From assembly GCA_963665235.2 (NCBI GenBank), contig CAXXLX010000001.1:2720001-2784000 (forward strand): a stretch of 64,000 nucleotides of DNA, read 5' to 3'. Position 1 is the stretch's first letter. Every line of letters starts with the position of its first letter. Position numbers and translations under genes: made by a program. A model generated the notes under the pieces. The model saw only the letters and a list, made by a program, of their open reading frames with translations. It ran no database searches and was not told where the DNA came from. This document shows, in pieces, positions 29,334-39,680 of the stretch. The stretch is from Candidatus Poribacteria bacterium. GTDB taxonomy: Bacteria; Poribacteria; WGA-4E; WGA-3G.

Positions 29334-29918
29334 ATGACGAAACGAAAATGGAACCAGCTCATTACACTTGTCCTGTTCGGGCTTGGCATCGTCCTTGTCT
29401 ATCAAAAGTCCGTCCTGCTCAAAGGAATTGCCCTTGTACTGCTGAGCATTTCCGCCATTTTAAGTGGTGCTGCTTTTCAGAACAGACGCAGGATTGAAAT
29501 TCTATCAGGAGTCGGATTAATAATCGGGCTAGGGTTTCTCTATTTGCCTGTCCCATCAATTTTGCGCGGTTCAGCCTTTCATCTGCTATTCAGTAGTGCC
29601 ATCGCATTTGGAATTATGACAACTGCAAAAAGGAGCGCGTCAGTTATTTCCGCTATTTGCATATCTATCGGACTCATTTTTCTCTATCAACCACTTTTTC
29701 CAGAATTAGGAAGCACTTCACTGTACCTACTTCTACCGGGGATTACCGTGTTTTCCATTGTCTATTCACAGCAGACTTTATGTGAACGCATCTCCATAGG
29801 ATTAATTGTTATAGGTTTAATTTCCCTTTGCCAACCCTTCTTAATCTTCTTTTATCAAACAGGATTTCAGGTGCTACTTGGCGGATTGACCGGATTTATT
29901 GTCGTAGCACATCGGTAA
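29334..29918 (+). CDS. Hypothetical integral membrane protein
   Basis: Multiple hydrophobic helices with internal repetition. Confidence 0.7.
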   Translation: MTKRKWNQLITLVLFGLGIVLVYQKSVLLKGIALVLLSISAILSGAAFQNRRRIEILSGVGLIIGLGFLYLPVPSILRGSAFHLLFSSAIAFGIMTTAKRSASVISAICISIGLIFLYQPLFPELGSTSLYLLLPGITVFSIVYSQQTLCERISIGLIVIGLISLCQPFLIFFYQTGFQVLLGGLTGFIVVAHR

Positions 29919-29955
29919 TTTACGCCGCATCCTTCCAATAGCATCGTCTTAAATA

Positions 29956-31086
29956 TTGCTTATGGCATCAGCCACATCAACCCAAATTGTCATTGTCGGC
30001 GCAGGCATAATAGGGGCCACAATAGCCTTTCACTTATCCCGTAGACCCGGCTATTCCGTAACGCTCCTTGAGCGTGATGTCCCCGGCTCAGGGGCATCTG
30101 GACACTCCTTCGCTTGGGTCAATTCTTTCGGAAAAGACCCGCGGGCATATCATGCCCTCAATCGACATGCATTAGATATCTGGTACCGTTTAGCGCATCA
30201 ACTTGATGCCGATATCGGTATCCGTTATGGGGGTGAAATGCGATGGGAGAACAGCAGAGACCGCGCGATGCAGCTCCAGAAACGAATTCGGCAGCTACAG
30301 ACGTGGGGATATCCCTGCCGACTTATCAGTTTGGACGAGATGCTCACACTAGAACCCAATCTCTATCCAGGACATGTGGAGACAGCGTCCCATTCCGAAG
30401 CAGATATACACGTAGACACCGCCAAATTTATCCCCATAGCTCTGAAACGCGCACAAGACGCTGGTACCGTGATTTATCCAAAAACCGAGGTCGTAGGTTT
30501 TGACATCCACAATGGCAAAATTGCAGCCGTCCAAGCAGCTGATGCAGTGTATCCGTGCGATGCCGTTGTGTTGGCGAGCGGTGTTCAAACGACCGAACTT
30601 GCATCCCTTGTCCGAGTGCATATTCCGCAGCAGCGGAGCCCTGGAGTCATTATTAAAACAACCCCTTGTGCCCCTATCTTACAACGTGTAGCCGTTATTC
30701 ATGCACCGCCGGCAGATGAAAACTGTCAACATCTTCACCTAAGACAGCTCACCGATGGAAGTCTCCGAATAGGGCAGGGAACGCAAGAAGGGATAAACCG
30801 TGACGACTCCCAAGCCCACGCTGATGCACTCCTCGCCCGTGCCAAAACCTATCTACCGACAATAGCCGATGCCAAAGCAATACCTACCCCCATTGGCTAT
30901 CGTCCGATGCCGTTGGATGGGTTTCCGGTAATCGGTTTTACCAAAGCAGTTCCGAATCTGTATATTGCTCTAATGCACAGCGGTGTGACGCTAGCCCCCC
31001 TCGTCGGTGAAATGGCGACCCTGGAAATTGCAGACAGGGTGCAAGTAGATTATTTCAAACCCTTTAGACTTGAACGGTTCCAGTAG
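29956..31086 (+). CDS. FAD-dependent oxidoreductase (DAO family)
   Basis: VIVGAGIIG, GYRPMPLDG, HSGVTLAP. Confidence 0.9.
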   Translation: MLMASATSTQIVIVGAGIIGATIAFHLSRRPGYSVTLLERDVPGSGASGHSFAWVNSFGKDPRAYHALNRHALDIWYRLAHQLDADIGIRYGGEMRWENSRDRAMQLQKRIRQLQTWGYPCRLISLDEMLTLEPNLYPGHVETASHSEADIHVDTAKFIPIALKRAQDAGTVIYPKTEVVGFDIHNGKIAAVQAADAVYPCDAVVLASGVQTTELASLVRVHIPQQRSPGVIIKTTPCAPILQRVAVIHAPPADENCQHLHLRQLTDGSLRIGQGTQEGINRDDSQAHADALLARAKTYLPTIADAKAIPTPIGYRPMPLDGFPVIGFTKAVPNLYIALMHSGVTLAPLVGEMATLEIADRVQVDYFKPFRLERFQ

Positions 31087-31248
31087 CTGTGTCCATATTT
31101 TGTCCATAAGTGCCAATTTGTATAGACACCGACTTTACACCCCTTCCCCTCTTCCCCTCTTCCCCTCTTCCATCTCCCCCCCCTTGATCAATTTTGTGTT
31201 TTGCGGTATAGTACAGACAAGCTAACGACCAAAATTGAAGGGAATTTT

Positions 31249-32241
31249 ATGACGACAGAAACAAAACAACCCGTTCAGTGGGGAATTCTCAGCACAGCCG
31301 GTATTGCAACAAAGGTCGCGCGTGCGATACATCTTGCCCGAAACGCTGAATTAATTGCGATAGCAAGCCGCACCGAACAACGTGCAACTGCATGGGCACG
31401 AAACCACAACGTCACAACCGCCTACGGCAATTATGACGCGCTGCTCGCCGATGAATCGCTTGATGCAATTTACATTCCTTTACCCCCGTCGATGCATGCG
31501 GAATGGACAATTAAGGCAGCGGAACACGGCAAACATGTCCTCTGCGAAAAACCGCTCGCTGCAAATGCTGCCGAGGCGGATGCCATGGCCGCTGCATGTC
31601 GCCAAAACGGAGTACAACTTATGGATGGGGTGATGTGGGTGCATCACGAACGCACCGCAGCCATGAAAGCGCAGCTAACAAACTTAGGCGTGCTCCGCCG
31701 CGTCACAGCAGCCTTCACGTTCAATTGGGATACAATTCCCACGGGGAATATCCGCACCATCCCCGAATTAGCGGGTGGCAGCCTCGGGGACCTCGGCTAT
31801 TATTGCGTCCGCGCCATTCTCTGGGCATTTGAGCAGATGCCGACACAGGTTTTCGCAACAGCACGTTACAAAGTAGGGGTCGATTTCAACCTTACTGGCA
31901 TCCTTTGGTTTGCGGACGAACGCATCGCCACAATGGATTGCGGATTCGATACAGGACTCCGTAAGTGGTTTGAGGTTGCAGGAACACGAGCATCCCTCGT
32001 CTGTGATGATTTCACAGTGCCAACATCTGAAGAATCAGCACGATTCTGGATTCACGGGGGCAATAATGAAAAACATGAGACCGGTACCTGCATTCAGGAG
32101 GTCAATATGATTGAGCGGTTTTCAGACATAATCCACTCTGGCAACCTGGAACCGCACTGGTCAGATATTGCTGTGGAGACAATGCGTATTTGCGATGCCC
32201 TGCTTGAATCGCATCGGCGCGGCGCGGTTGTCAATCTTTAA
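31249..32241 (+). CDS. Gfo/Idh/MocA oxidoreductase
   Basis: WGILSTAGIA, GKHVLCEKP, GGSLGDLGYY. Confidence 0.9.
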   Translation: MTTETKQPVQWGILSTAGIATKVARAIHLARNAELIAIASRTEQRATAWARNHNVTTAYGNYDALLADESLDAIYIPLPPSMHAEWTIKAAEHGKHVLCEKPLAANAAEADAMAAACRQNGVQLMDGVMWVHHERTAAMKAQLTNLGVLRRVTAAFTFNWDTIPTGNIRTIPELAGGSLGDLGYYCVRAILWAFEQMPTQVFATARYKVGVDFNLTGILWFADERIATMDCGFDTGLRKWFEVAGTRASLVCDDFTVPTSEESARFWIHGGNNEKHETGTCIQEVNMIERFSDIIHSGNLEPHWSDIAVETMRICDALLESHRRGAVVNL

Positions 32242-32261
32242 TACCGCAAAAGAGGAACATT

Positions 32262-33449
32262 ATGAAGATTACCAATATAGAAACCTTTGTTGTGGATGGC
32301 GGGTGGCGTCCTTGGCTCTTCGTCAAGGTGGAAACCGATGAAGACGTTATCGGCTACGGAGAATGCAGCGATGGCAGAAACCCGAACGGCATCGTTGGCA
32401 CTATCAAAGACTTAACCCCCCTGCTGATTGGACAAGACCCTCGCGCGTATGAGATGCGGTTTTGGGATATGATTCGCGGGTCACGGCAGAGCCCGGGAGG
32501 CATCGCCGCAAAGGCAATCGCTGGCATTGAGTGTGCCCTTGTGGATATCAAGGCGAAAGCGTTAGGCATCTCTGTCGTAGAACTCTTTGGCGGCCCAACC
32601 CGTGGAGACGTACAGGTTTATTGGTCGCACTGCGGGTCATCCCGTGTTCACAATTTTGAACTGATAGGGGTGCCGCCGCTAAGAACCATGGCGGACATCA
32701 CCGCGCTGGGACGTGAAGTCGTAGAGAGGGGTTTCACCGCCCTAAAAACAAATATCGTCATTCCGGGAGAGCCCGCCTCCGTCTATTTCAGCGGCTTCGG
32801 TAGAGGCCCTGGCACCACCGACGGAAATGTCACCCCTGAACTCCTCAGACATATTGAAACACTCATCCGCACCTTTCGCGATGCGGTTGGACCTGATGTC
32901 GGAATCAATCTCGACCTGAATTTCAACTTTAAACCGGAGGCGTGCATGCGCATAGCGAAAATATTGGAGCCTTATAATCTGTTGTGGTTGGAGATTGACA
33001 TGTATGCCCCTGAAGCAATTCGTCAGATTAAGGACTCCACGACGACAAAAATATGCACCGGTGAAAACCTCTACTACATGCGAGACTATCTTCCCTATTT
33101 TGAAGCCCGTGCGGCGGATGTCTTCATGATAGATGTGCCGTGGAACGGATTCGCACCCTCGAAAAAAATAGGCGATTTAGCAGAGGTGTACCAACTCAAC
33201 GTCGCACCGCACAACTATTATAGTCATCTCGCCACCTTTATGAGTGCGAGTCTCTGCGCGGTATTGCCGAATGTACGTATTATGGAGGTTGATATTGACG
33301 ATGTGCCGTGGAAAGACGACCTGACGACACACACGCCAGAAATTGTTGAGGGTAATATGAAAATTCCGACGCGCCCAGGCTGGGGAACAGAACTGAATGA
33401 GGACGTTGTCAAGGCGCATCTCTGGGATAACCGCCGAGGCGATTGGTAG
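32262..33449 (+). CDS. Mandelate racemase/muconate lactonizing enzyme family (acid-sugar dehydratase-like)
   Basis: MKITNIETF, VKVETDE..GYGE, TGENL, APHN, PGWG. Confidence 0.9.
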   Translation: MKITNIETFVVDGGWRPWLFVKVETDEDVIGYGECSDGRNPNGIVGTIKDLTPLLIGQDPRAYEMRFWDMIRGSRQSPGGIAAKAIAGIECALVDIKAKALGISVVELFGGPTRGDVQVYWSHCGSSRVHNFELIGVPPLRTMADITALGREVVERGFTALKTNIVIPGEPASVYFSGFGRGPGTTDGNVTPELLRHIETLIRTFRDAVGPDVGINLDLNFNFKPEACMRIAKILEPYNLLWLEIDMYAPEAIRQIKDSTTTKICTGENLYYMRDYLPYFEARAADVFMIDVPWNGFAPSKKIGDLAEVYQLNVAPHNYYSHLATFMSASLCAVLPNVRIMEVDIDDVPWKDDLTTHTPEIVEGNMKIPTRPGWGTELNEDVVKAHLWDNRRGDW

Positions 33450-33494
33450 ACACAGTGGCCCCTCTGTGATAAGGCGGATTAGCAGACCTGCCCC

Positions 33495-34343
33495 TTAACG
33501 TGCCACTGCCTCTGAACCAATATTCTCCTGAATCCAGGCGCGGAGCGGTACGTCTTTATCACCGGGGGACGTATATCCCATGCCGCCGGTGCTTTTACCC
33601 AAAATCTGCTGCCGAATCGGATCGGATTTTTCCATATAGTGCCCTACCGTCATATCATCCCGTGGCTGCAACCATCTGTAGCTATATCCGTAGAAAAGCA
33701 CTTTCCGCATAATATCCGAGGTATTGCGGCCCACGGCATGCCATACCCGTCGATCGAAAAACACCGCCGTGCCGGGTTTCGCGAACACCGCTGTGGCGTT
33801 TTCAGGATCAACCGTGTTATCCTCTGGCATGTCAACCTTGTTGAATTTTTGACTGCCGGGCAGCACAGAAAAATTACCGCGTCCTGGAACCGAAGTATCG
33901 GTCAGAAAATAGGCGACTTTCAACGATATGCGGGGACGCGGATTTCCTTCCAATTCAATGTTAAGGCGACCACTATCTTGATGCCAGCCGAGCCGTCTGT
34001 GCTTGTCGTGCTCTTCAGGCGGAAGCGGCGGTAAGGCTATCATGTGTGAGTGGTAGAGTTTGATATTCCACCCTAAAATGCCCCACACTTTCGGAAACGT
34101 TGTGTGCCAATCCAGCAGCTCAATAAAAACGTCATCCCTGCCGACGAAGTCAAGTATATTGAAGTTTGCGTTAGGCGGAAGCTCATCTTTCCCCAAATGT
34201 TCCGCCCCGATTCGATCGAAAGCGACAATCAACTTCTCAACCAGCTCCTGCGAAATAGCATCCTCAACGACGAAATAGCCGTTATCTTCAAATTGTTGTT
34301 TCTCTGTTTCGGTCAAACGGTGTTCTAAACATAGCGGATTCAT
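33495..34343 (-). CDS. Phytanoyl-CoA dioxygenase family protein
   Basis: WHQD, LPGSQ, FFDRRVWH. Confidence 0.88.
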   Translation of the reverse strand: MNPLCLEHRLTETEKQQFEDNGYFVVEDAISQELVEKLIVAFDRIGAEHLGKDELPPNANFNILDFVGRDDVFIELLDWHTTFPKVWGILGWNIKLYHSHMIALPPLPPEEHDKHRRLGWHQDSGRLNIELEGNPRPRISLKVAYFLTDTSVPGRGNFSVLPGSQKFNKVDMPEDNTVDPENATAVFAKPGTAVFFDRRVWHAVGRNTSDIMRKVLFYGYSYRWLQPRDDMTVGHYMEKSDPIRQQILGKSTGGMGYTSPGDKDVPLRAWIQENIGSEAVAR

Positions 34344-34455
34344 TTTTCTCTCCTTTAAAAGCGAGGGGTAGTGTTTAACAGCAACGCCTATTTATAACGT
34401 AGGCGGGATTTGAAACCCCGCCTATATCTGTAAACGGACAGAATTGTTGATGAAC

Positions 34456-34692
34456 CTAGTAAGTCCGCTTCCTAGTTCGCGAAACATAGCTTGGGCTAAA
34501 ATCGTTGATGTACCCGGTCAATCCTCTGCCTTCTTCCGCCAACTCTTTCATTGCTTCGATGTTATCTTCCCCTGCACTTTCATAATTGTACAGATAGATA
34601 CGGCCGCTGGTAAACTGAATTCTAATGAAATCTGGGCCCGCTTCATACGCAGCAACCCCCGACTTTCCGTGAAGGTTTCCATAACGTTTCAT
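34456..34692 (-). CDS. Small KTSC-like protein
   Basis: SGVAAYE.G.D.I.IQF..G..YLY...G.GL.GYIN; AGGAG RBS. Confidence 0.65.
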   Translation of the reverse strand: MKRYGNLHGKSGVAAYEAGPDFIRIQFTSGRIYLYNYESAGEDNIEAMKELAEEGRGLTGYINDFSPSYVSRTRKRTY

Positions 34693-34784
34693 GTTTTTCT
34701 CTCCTATCGGAATTTAATAATAATTTCATGTATGATAACACAACCACAAACCGTTGTCAAATAATTTTTAACAGCCGGGGCAAG

Positions 34785-36695
34785 TCAAGGCGTACTTGTA
34801 TCCACAGTCCATGTGAACTCCCATAACAGCACCGTGCCATCCGCACTGCCACTTCCGAGCGTTTTTCCATCAGGACTAAACGCCACGCTAAAGACAGGTG
34901 CCTTATGTCCCGTGAGTGTCTCTTTGTGTTCACCCGTCGCTGCATCCCATAAGCGGATTGTGCTATCCTCACTCCCACTTGCAAGCATCACGTTATCAGG
35001 ACTGAATGCCACACTCGTGACCCGTTCCGTATGACCCGTGAGGGTTTCCTTTTGGTGACCCGTGTCTGCATTCCACAAGTGGATTGTTCCATCCGCACTC
35101 CCGCTTGCCAGGGTCCGCCCATCCGGACTGAACGCCACACTCGTGACAGGAGATTTATACGCTGTCAATGTTTTCTTGTGCTGCAGCATCATGCCCACTC
35201 TCCAGAGGCGGACTGTTCCATCCGCGCTTCCACTTACAAGTGTCCGTCCATCCGGACTGAACACGACACTCGTGACAGCAGAGGTATGTCCTGTGAGCTG
35301 TCCCTTGTGAAGCCCTATAGTTGTATCCCAGAGGCGGATTGTGCCATCTACACTCCCGCCTGCAAGCGTTTTTCCATCCGGATTGAATGCAACACTCGTG
35401 ACAGGTGCCTGATGCTCAGTAAGTCTTCGCTGGTTCTCTCCTGTGGTTGTATTCCAGAGGCAGATAGTTTTGTCCCCGCTCCCACTTGCAAGCATTTTCC
35501 CATCCGGACTGAACGAGATGTCTGTCACATCCCAGGCATGCCCTGCCAGTGTTTTTTTCTGCTCCCCTGTGGCTGAATCCGACAAAAGAATCGTATCGTC
35601 CCACCCGCCACTTGCCAGCACTTTCCCATCAGGACTAAACGAGATGGTAGAAATCCACTGCGAATGGGTTGCAAGCGTTTTTTGGTATTTTCCCGTTTCT
35701 GCATCCCACAAACGGATTGTACCATCGCCACTGCCACTCACAAGCGTTTTTCCATCCGGACTGAATAGGACATCCTCAACAAAAAACGTATGTGCAGCGA
35801 GCGTCTCCTTATCTTCCCCGGTGGTTACGTCCCACAGATGGATAGTGTTGTCCCAACTGCCACTTGCGATTGTTTTTCCATCTGGACTGAACGCCACACT
35901 AGAAACCCAGCTCGTATGACCTACGAACGGCTCCGTGGACTGACCTGTCGTTGTATCCCATAGACGGATAGTGTTATCGCCGCTGCCACTTGCGATTGTT
36001 TTTCCATCTGGACTGAACGCCACACTAGAAACCCAATGCGTATGGTCCGTAAGTGTTTTCTTACGTTCACCTGTCGCTGTATCCCACAAGCAGACTGCTC
36101 CGCTGTCACTGCCACTTGCGATAGTTTTTCCATCTGGACTGAACACCACACTATTGACATACCCTATTTGCGCTGTGAACGTTCGCTTATGTGCTCCTGT
36201 GACTGCATCCCATAAGCGGATATCCATACTCCCGATTGCGAGTGTTTTTCCATCCGGACTGAACGCCATACTAGAAATTCTATATATATCTCCTGTAAGC
36301 GTCTCCTTGCGTTCTCCTGTAGTTATATTCCACAAATGGATTGTGCCATTCTGACTCCCGCTTGCAAGTGTTTTCCCATCCGGACTGAATGCGACACTGG
36401 TAACCTTATAGGTATGCCCTGTAAGCAGAGCGAGCTCCTTACCGGTGCTGGCATCATATATCCAAACACCGATATCACTGGCAACTGCAAGACGCGTACC
36501 TTCTGGAGAATACTGTATATCATTTATCCCGCCTTTACCGATTCGGACTCTTGCCCCATCAGGTAAATGCCATTGTGAGACATTTTGGGCAAAACTGTTC
36601 GGAAGATATAACGTTGAAACGATAAGTAGTGTCAAAAAGAGGATACATCTTAATATAAAAAATTCGCGAGCTGCATCAAGGGGCGCGTGTTTCAT
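34785..36695 (-). CDS. Secreted WD40-repeat protein
   Basis: About 14 repeats of GH...V.SVAFSPDGKTLASGS.D.TIRLWD. Confidence 0.95.
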   Translation of the reverse strand: MKHAPLDAAREFFILRCILFLTLLIVSTLYLPNSFAQNVSQWHLPDGARVRIGKGGINDIQYSPEGTRLAVASDIGVWIYDASTGKELALLTGHTYKVTSVAFSPDGKTLASGSQNGTIHLWNITTGERKETLTGDIYRISSMAFSPDGKTLAIGSMDIRLWDAVTGAHKRTFTAQIGYVNSVVFSPDGKTIASGSDSGAVCLWDTATGERKKTLTDHTHWVSSVAFSPDGKTIASGSGDNTIRLWDTTTGQSTEPFVGHTSWVSSVAFSPDGKTIASGSWDNTIHLWDVTTGEDKETLAAHTFFVEDVLFSPDGKTLVSGSGDGTIRLWDAETGKYQKTLATHSQWISTISFSPDGKVLASGGWDDTILLSDSATGEQKKTLAGHAWDVTDISFSPDGKMLASGSGDKTICLWNTTTGENQRRLTEHQAPVTSVAFNPDGKTLAGGSVDGTIRLWDTTIGLHKGQLTGHTSAVTSVVFSPDGRTLVSGSADGTVRLWRVGMMLQHKKTLTAYKSPVTSVAFSPDGRTLASGSADGTIHLWNADTGHQKETLTGHTERVTSVAFSPDNVMLASGSEDSTIRLWDAATGEHKETLTGHKAPVFSVAFSPDGKTLGSGSADGTVLLWEFTWTVDTSTP

Positions 36696-36890
36696 GAAAT
36701 CAAACTCCTCATTATAGTCAAGTTTTCCATAAATTTTTATGAATTATATCGTAATAAGTGTATCACAAAAAGCGGTTGAACGTCAAATGGGTGTTTAAAT
36801 AGTCAGAGTCATTAAAAAACCGTTGACACCTAACTATAGAATGTGATACGCTATATGTATTAGTGTACTTCAACCGTTTGACGTGATATA

Positions 36891-37646
36891 ATGCGAAATA
36901 TTAAACTTGTGCTTGAATATGATGGTAGGAATTACTACGGGTGGCAGATACAACCCAACCTTGTAACCATTCAAGGTTCAATTGAGGATGCGCTAAATCA
37001 GTTAACCCAAATGCAGCACCGGGTTATCGGGGCAGGTAGGACAGATAGCGGTGTGCATGCCGAGGGACAGGTGGCGAATTTTCATACAGATTCGCCGCTG
37101 CCGCTAATCGCTTTTCAAAAGGGTCTTAACGCTATTTTGCCACGTGACATTGTTATCTGCTCTGCAACAGAGGTACCTGCCGATTTCCATGCACGTTTCA
37201 GTGCCGTAAGCAGGCGGTATCGGTATACGATTTTAAATAGGGCTTATCGCTCCGCACTTTTGCGATACACGAGCTATTTCTACTCAGCGGTAATGGATGT
37301 AACCCTGATGGATGCTATTTGCCGGAGTTTGGTTGGAAAACAGGATTTCTCCTCTTTTCAGAAGCAGGGCAGCACTAGACTAGACCCTGTATGTGAAATT
37401 TATGAGGCACACTGTTTTAAAATAGACGACTGTGTCTATATTGAAATTGAAGCGGATTCGTTTCTACGGGGAATGGTTCGAGCAATTGTCGGCACACTTC
37501 TCAAATGCATGAAAACTGCTGAGGGAAATGTGGGAGCCGTGAACGCGCAGCTCCACCGAATTCTAGAAGCGAAGGATAGAGCCGTAGCTGGACAATCGGT
37601 CCCAGCCCACGGATTATCCCTTATCCGCGTCAAGTACAACGTATGA
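36891..37646 (+). CDS. truA: tRNA pseudouridine(38-40) synthase
   Basis: YDGRNYYGWQ, GRTDSGVHA, FHARF, FLRGMVR. Confidence 0.95.
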   Translation: MRNIKLVLEYDGRNYYGWQIQPNLVTIQGSIEDALNQLTQMQHRVIGAGRTDSGVHAEGQVANFHTDSPLPLIAFQKGLNAILPRDIVICSATEVPADFHARFSAVSRRYRYTILNRAYRSALLRYTSYFYSAVMDVTLMDAICRSLVGKQDFSSFQKQGSTRLDPVCEIYEAHCFKIDDCVYIEIEADSFLRGMVRAIVGTLLKCMKTAEGNVGAVNAQLHRILEAKDRAVAGQSVPAHGLSLIRVKYNV

Positions 37647-37671
37647 ACTACGAAATTGAAACGAGGTTTTT

Positions 37672-38685
37672 ATGAACTACGCCCAGGTATTGAATGAATT
37701 GGAAACATTGGTCAATGAGACGTTTGGTCTTTGGGAACATAACCGGGTCGGTTTTCAGTGGCGGCATTATACGTGGAATCACACCATGCGTGTCCGAGCG
37801 ATGAGTATGGAACTCGGCAGACGCGAGGGAGGCGATGTGAAACTGCTGGAAGTCGCCGGAACCCTACACGACATCACCAAACGTTACGATGGCGTTATCT
37901 TAACAGATGACAACGGACAACGAATCCTTGATCACAACGGTTTTTGGCTAAATGAAACGCTCACCCCCGCCGGGAAGAACATTGTCACCGAGCTTTACGA
38001 TAAGCACAATCTCCACGGGAAGGTGCACCACGAATCGGGTGCGGTGATTACCGAGAATATTTTGGGGATGTACGACTTTGAACCGACGTTCGTAGAAGCT
38101 GCAACGGCAGTTGTCCTGGCACATCTGAAACCGACTAATCTGACAGCTGAGGACTTTAAGCTGTTGTACGGCAGCATCGAAAACCAGATCCTCTATGATG
38201 CAGACACGATGGACCCGAATGTGGGGTATACCGCTTTCTTTCGTAATATCCACATCCACTCACATTTCGCACTGCAACGGGGGAATTTTGAGCTAGATTC
38301 CTATGTGAGAAACATGCCGCGCTGGATGAATCCCAAGCAGGCTTTTGTGGACAAACTCCTAACCGAATCCTCCCGCGAAGTCGCCCAAGCCAGGCAGGAC
38401 AGAAATCTGCAACTCGCCGCACAAATGCTCGGTGAACTTGAGGATATAGAGATAAATCGGAAATACGGATTGCTCGGCATAATTGAGTATTTTGTCAGTG
38501 AAACCGAAGACCCGCATTTTCTGAATCAACTCAACTATTTGCAAACCGAATGGCTTCCGAAGCGACGACAGTGGTTAGCAGAAGAGGAGAAGAGCGAATC
38601 CGCACGTGAACGCGCCGAAGCAGCAATTCAGCGCGTTAGCGACTTCTTAACGTTACTTGAACAGGAAAGCCGAGGCGAAATTTAA
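37672..38685 (+). CDS. HD-domain protein
   Basis: HTMRV, LHDITK, HHESG, DADTMD. Confidence 0.75.
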   Translation: MNYAQVLNELETLVNETFGLWEHNRVGFQWRHYTWNHTMRVRAMSMELGRREGGDVKLLEVAGTLHDITKRYDGVILTDDNGQRILDHNGFWLNETLTPAGKNIVTELYDKHNLHGKVHHESGAVITENILGMYDFEPTFVEAATAVVLAHLKPTNLTAEDFKLLYGSIENQILYDADTMDPNVGYTAFFRNIHIHSHFALQRGNFELDSYVRNMPRWMNPKQAFVDKLLTESSREVAQARQDRNLQLAAQMLGELEDIEINRKYGLLGIIEYFVSETEDPHFLNQLNYLQTEWLPKRRQWLAEEEKSESARERAEAAIQRVSDFLTLLEQESRGEI

Positions 38686-38697
38686 GGAGTATTTTTT

Positions 38698-39573
38698 ATG
38701 AATCACCAAGCAACAGGCGAACCGAGAGACATCGCTGCTACGCTCCCACCAATTCCGTATCCGGATGACCTCTACCGGTTTGATACGGTGGCGGATGGAA
38801 TTTCAGGCAGCTTCGAGGCTGTAACCGAAGCGGATATCCGATACTTTCATCAGCACGGTTACCTTGTTATTCAGGATGCCTTTAGTCCTGACGAGGTCCG
38901 CGATGCTTTAGCTGGCATGGTTTATCTGATGGATGGGAAAAACCCGGACTTCCGCGCAATCCAGTTTGAACCGAAACTCGCGAAACTCAAAGACGAGATG
39001 AGTGCTGACGACCGCCGCGATGCCATCAGGAAAATTTTCAAGTTCGTAGACCACGAACCACGTTTAAAGGCGATGGCGGAACATACCGGGCTGCTCGGCG
39101 TGCTTGCACAAATTATGGAGGATACACCGCAGCTTTTTCAAGACATGGCGTTGGTTAAACCTCCCCGCTTCGGTTCCGAGAAACCGTGGCATCAGGATTG
39201 TGCCTACTTCAATCTACCGGAGGGGACAACCGTTGTGGGGGTGTGGATTGCCTTAGATGAAGCCACCGCTGAAAACGGATGCATGCACATTATCCCCGGT
39301 TCCCACAGTGAGGGGCCGATGATTCATTTCAAACGGCGCGATTGGCAGATTTGCGATACGCATGTCCCGGTAATGCGTGATACAGTGGTGCCGCTCCAAC
39401 CGGGGGGATGTCTGTTTTGGCACGGATTACTCCATCATGGGAGTCCTGTCAATCATTCTACGCAGCGTCGGCGGGCTCTTCAGTTTCATTACAAACCTGC
39501 AAGTTGCGGTGAGGTTACAACACAGGAGCGGATGGCGGTATACGGAAGTGAGGGGAAGGATGTGGCGTGCTAA
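38698..39573 (+). CDS. Phytanoyl-CoA dioxygenase family protein
   Basis: KPWHQD, WIALD.A..ENGC, IPGSH, HHGS. Confidence 0.9.
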   Translation: MNHQATGEPRDIAATLPPIPYPDDLYRFDTVADGISGSFEAVTEADIRYFHQHGYLVIQDAFSPDEVRDALAGMVYLMDGKNPDFRAIQFEPKLAKLKDEMSADDRRDAIRKIFKFVDHEPRLKAMAEHTGLLGVLAQIMEDTPQLFQDMALVKPPRFGSEKPWHQDCAYFNLPEGTTVVGVWIALDEATAENGCMHIIPGSHSEGPMIHFKRRDWQICDTHVPVMRDTVVPLQPGGCLFWHGLLHHGSPVNHSTQRRRALQFHYKPASCGEVTTQERMAVYGSEGKDVAC

Positions 39574-39680
39574 TAGCGCGCCTCTCCCTTATGTGCCAGG
39601 TTCCACTAGTGCCGCCGCGTTTTGCAAGGGCGGGGTTAAAAAAACAACGAAAAATATGGCGAACTAAATGACTCTGGGAA

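Noticed and set aside
34785-36695. ~126-bp periodic DNA repeats
   Set aside because: Fully explained by WD40 protein repeats.
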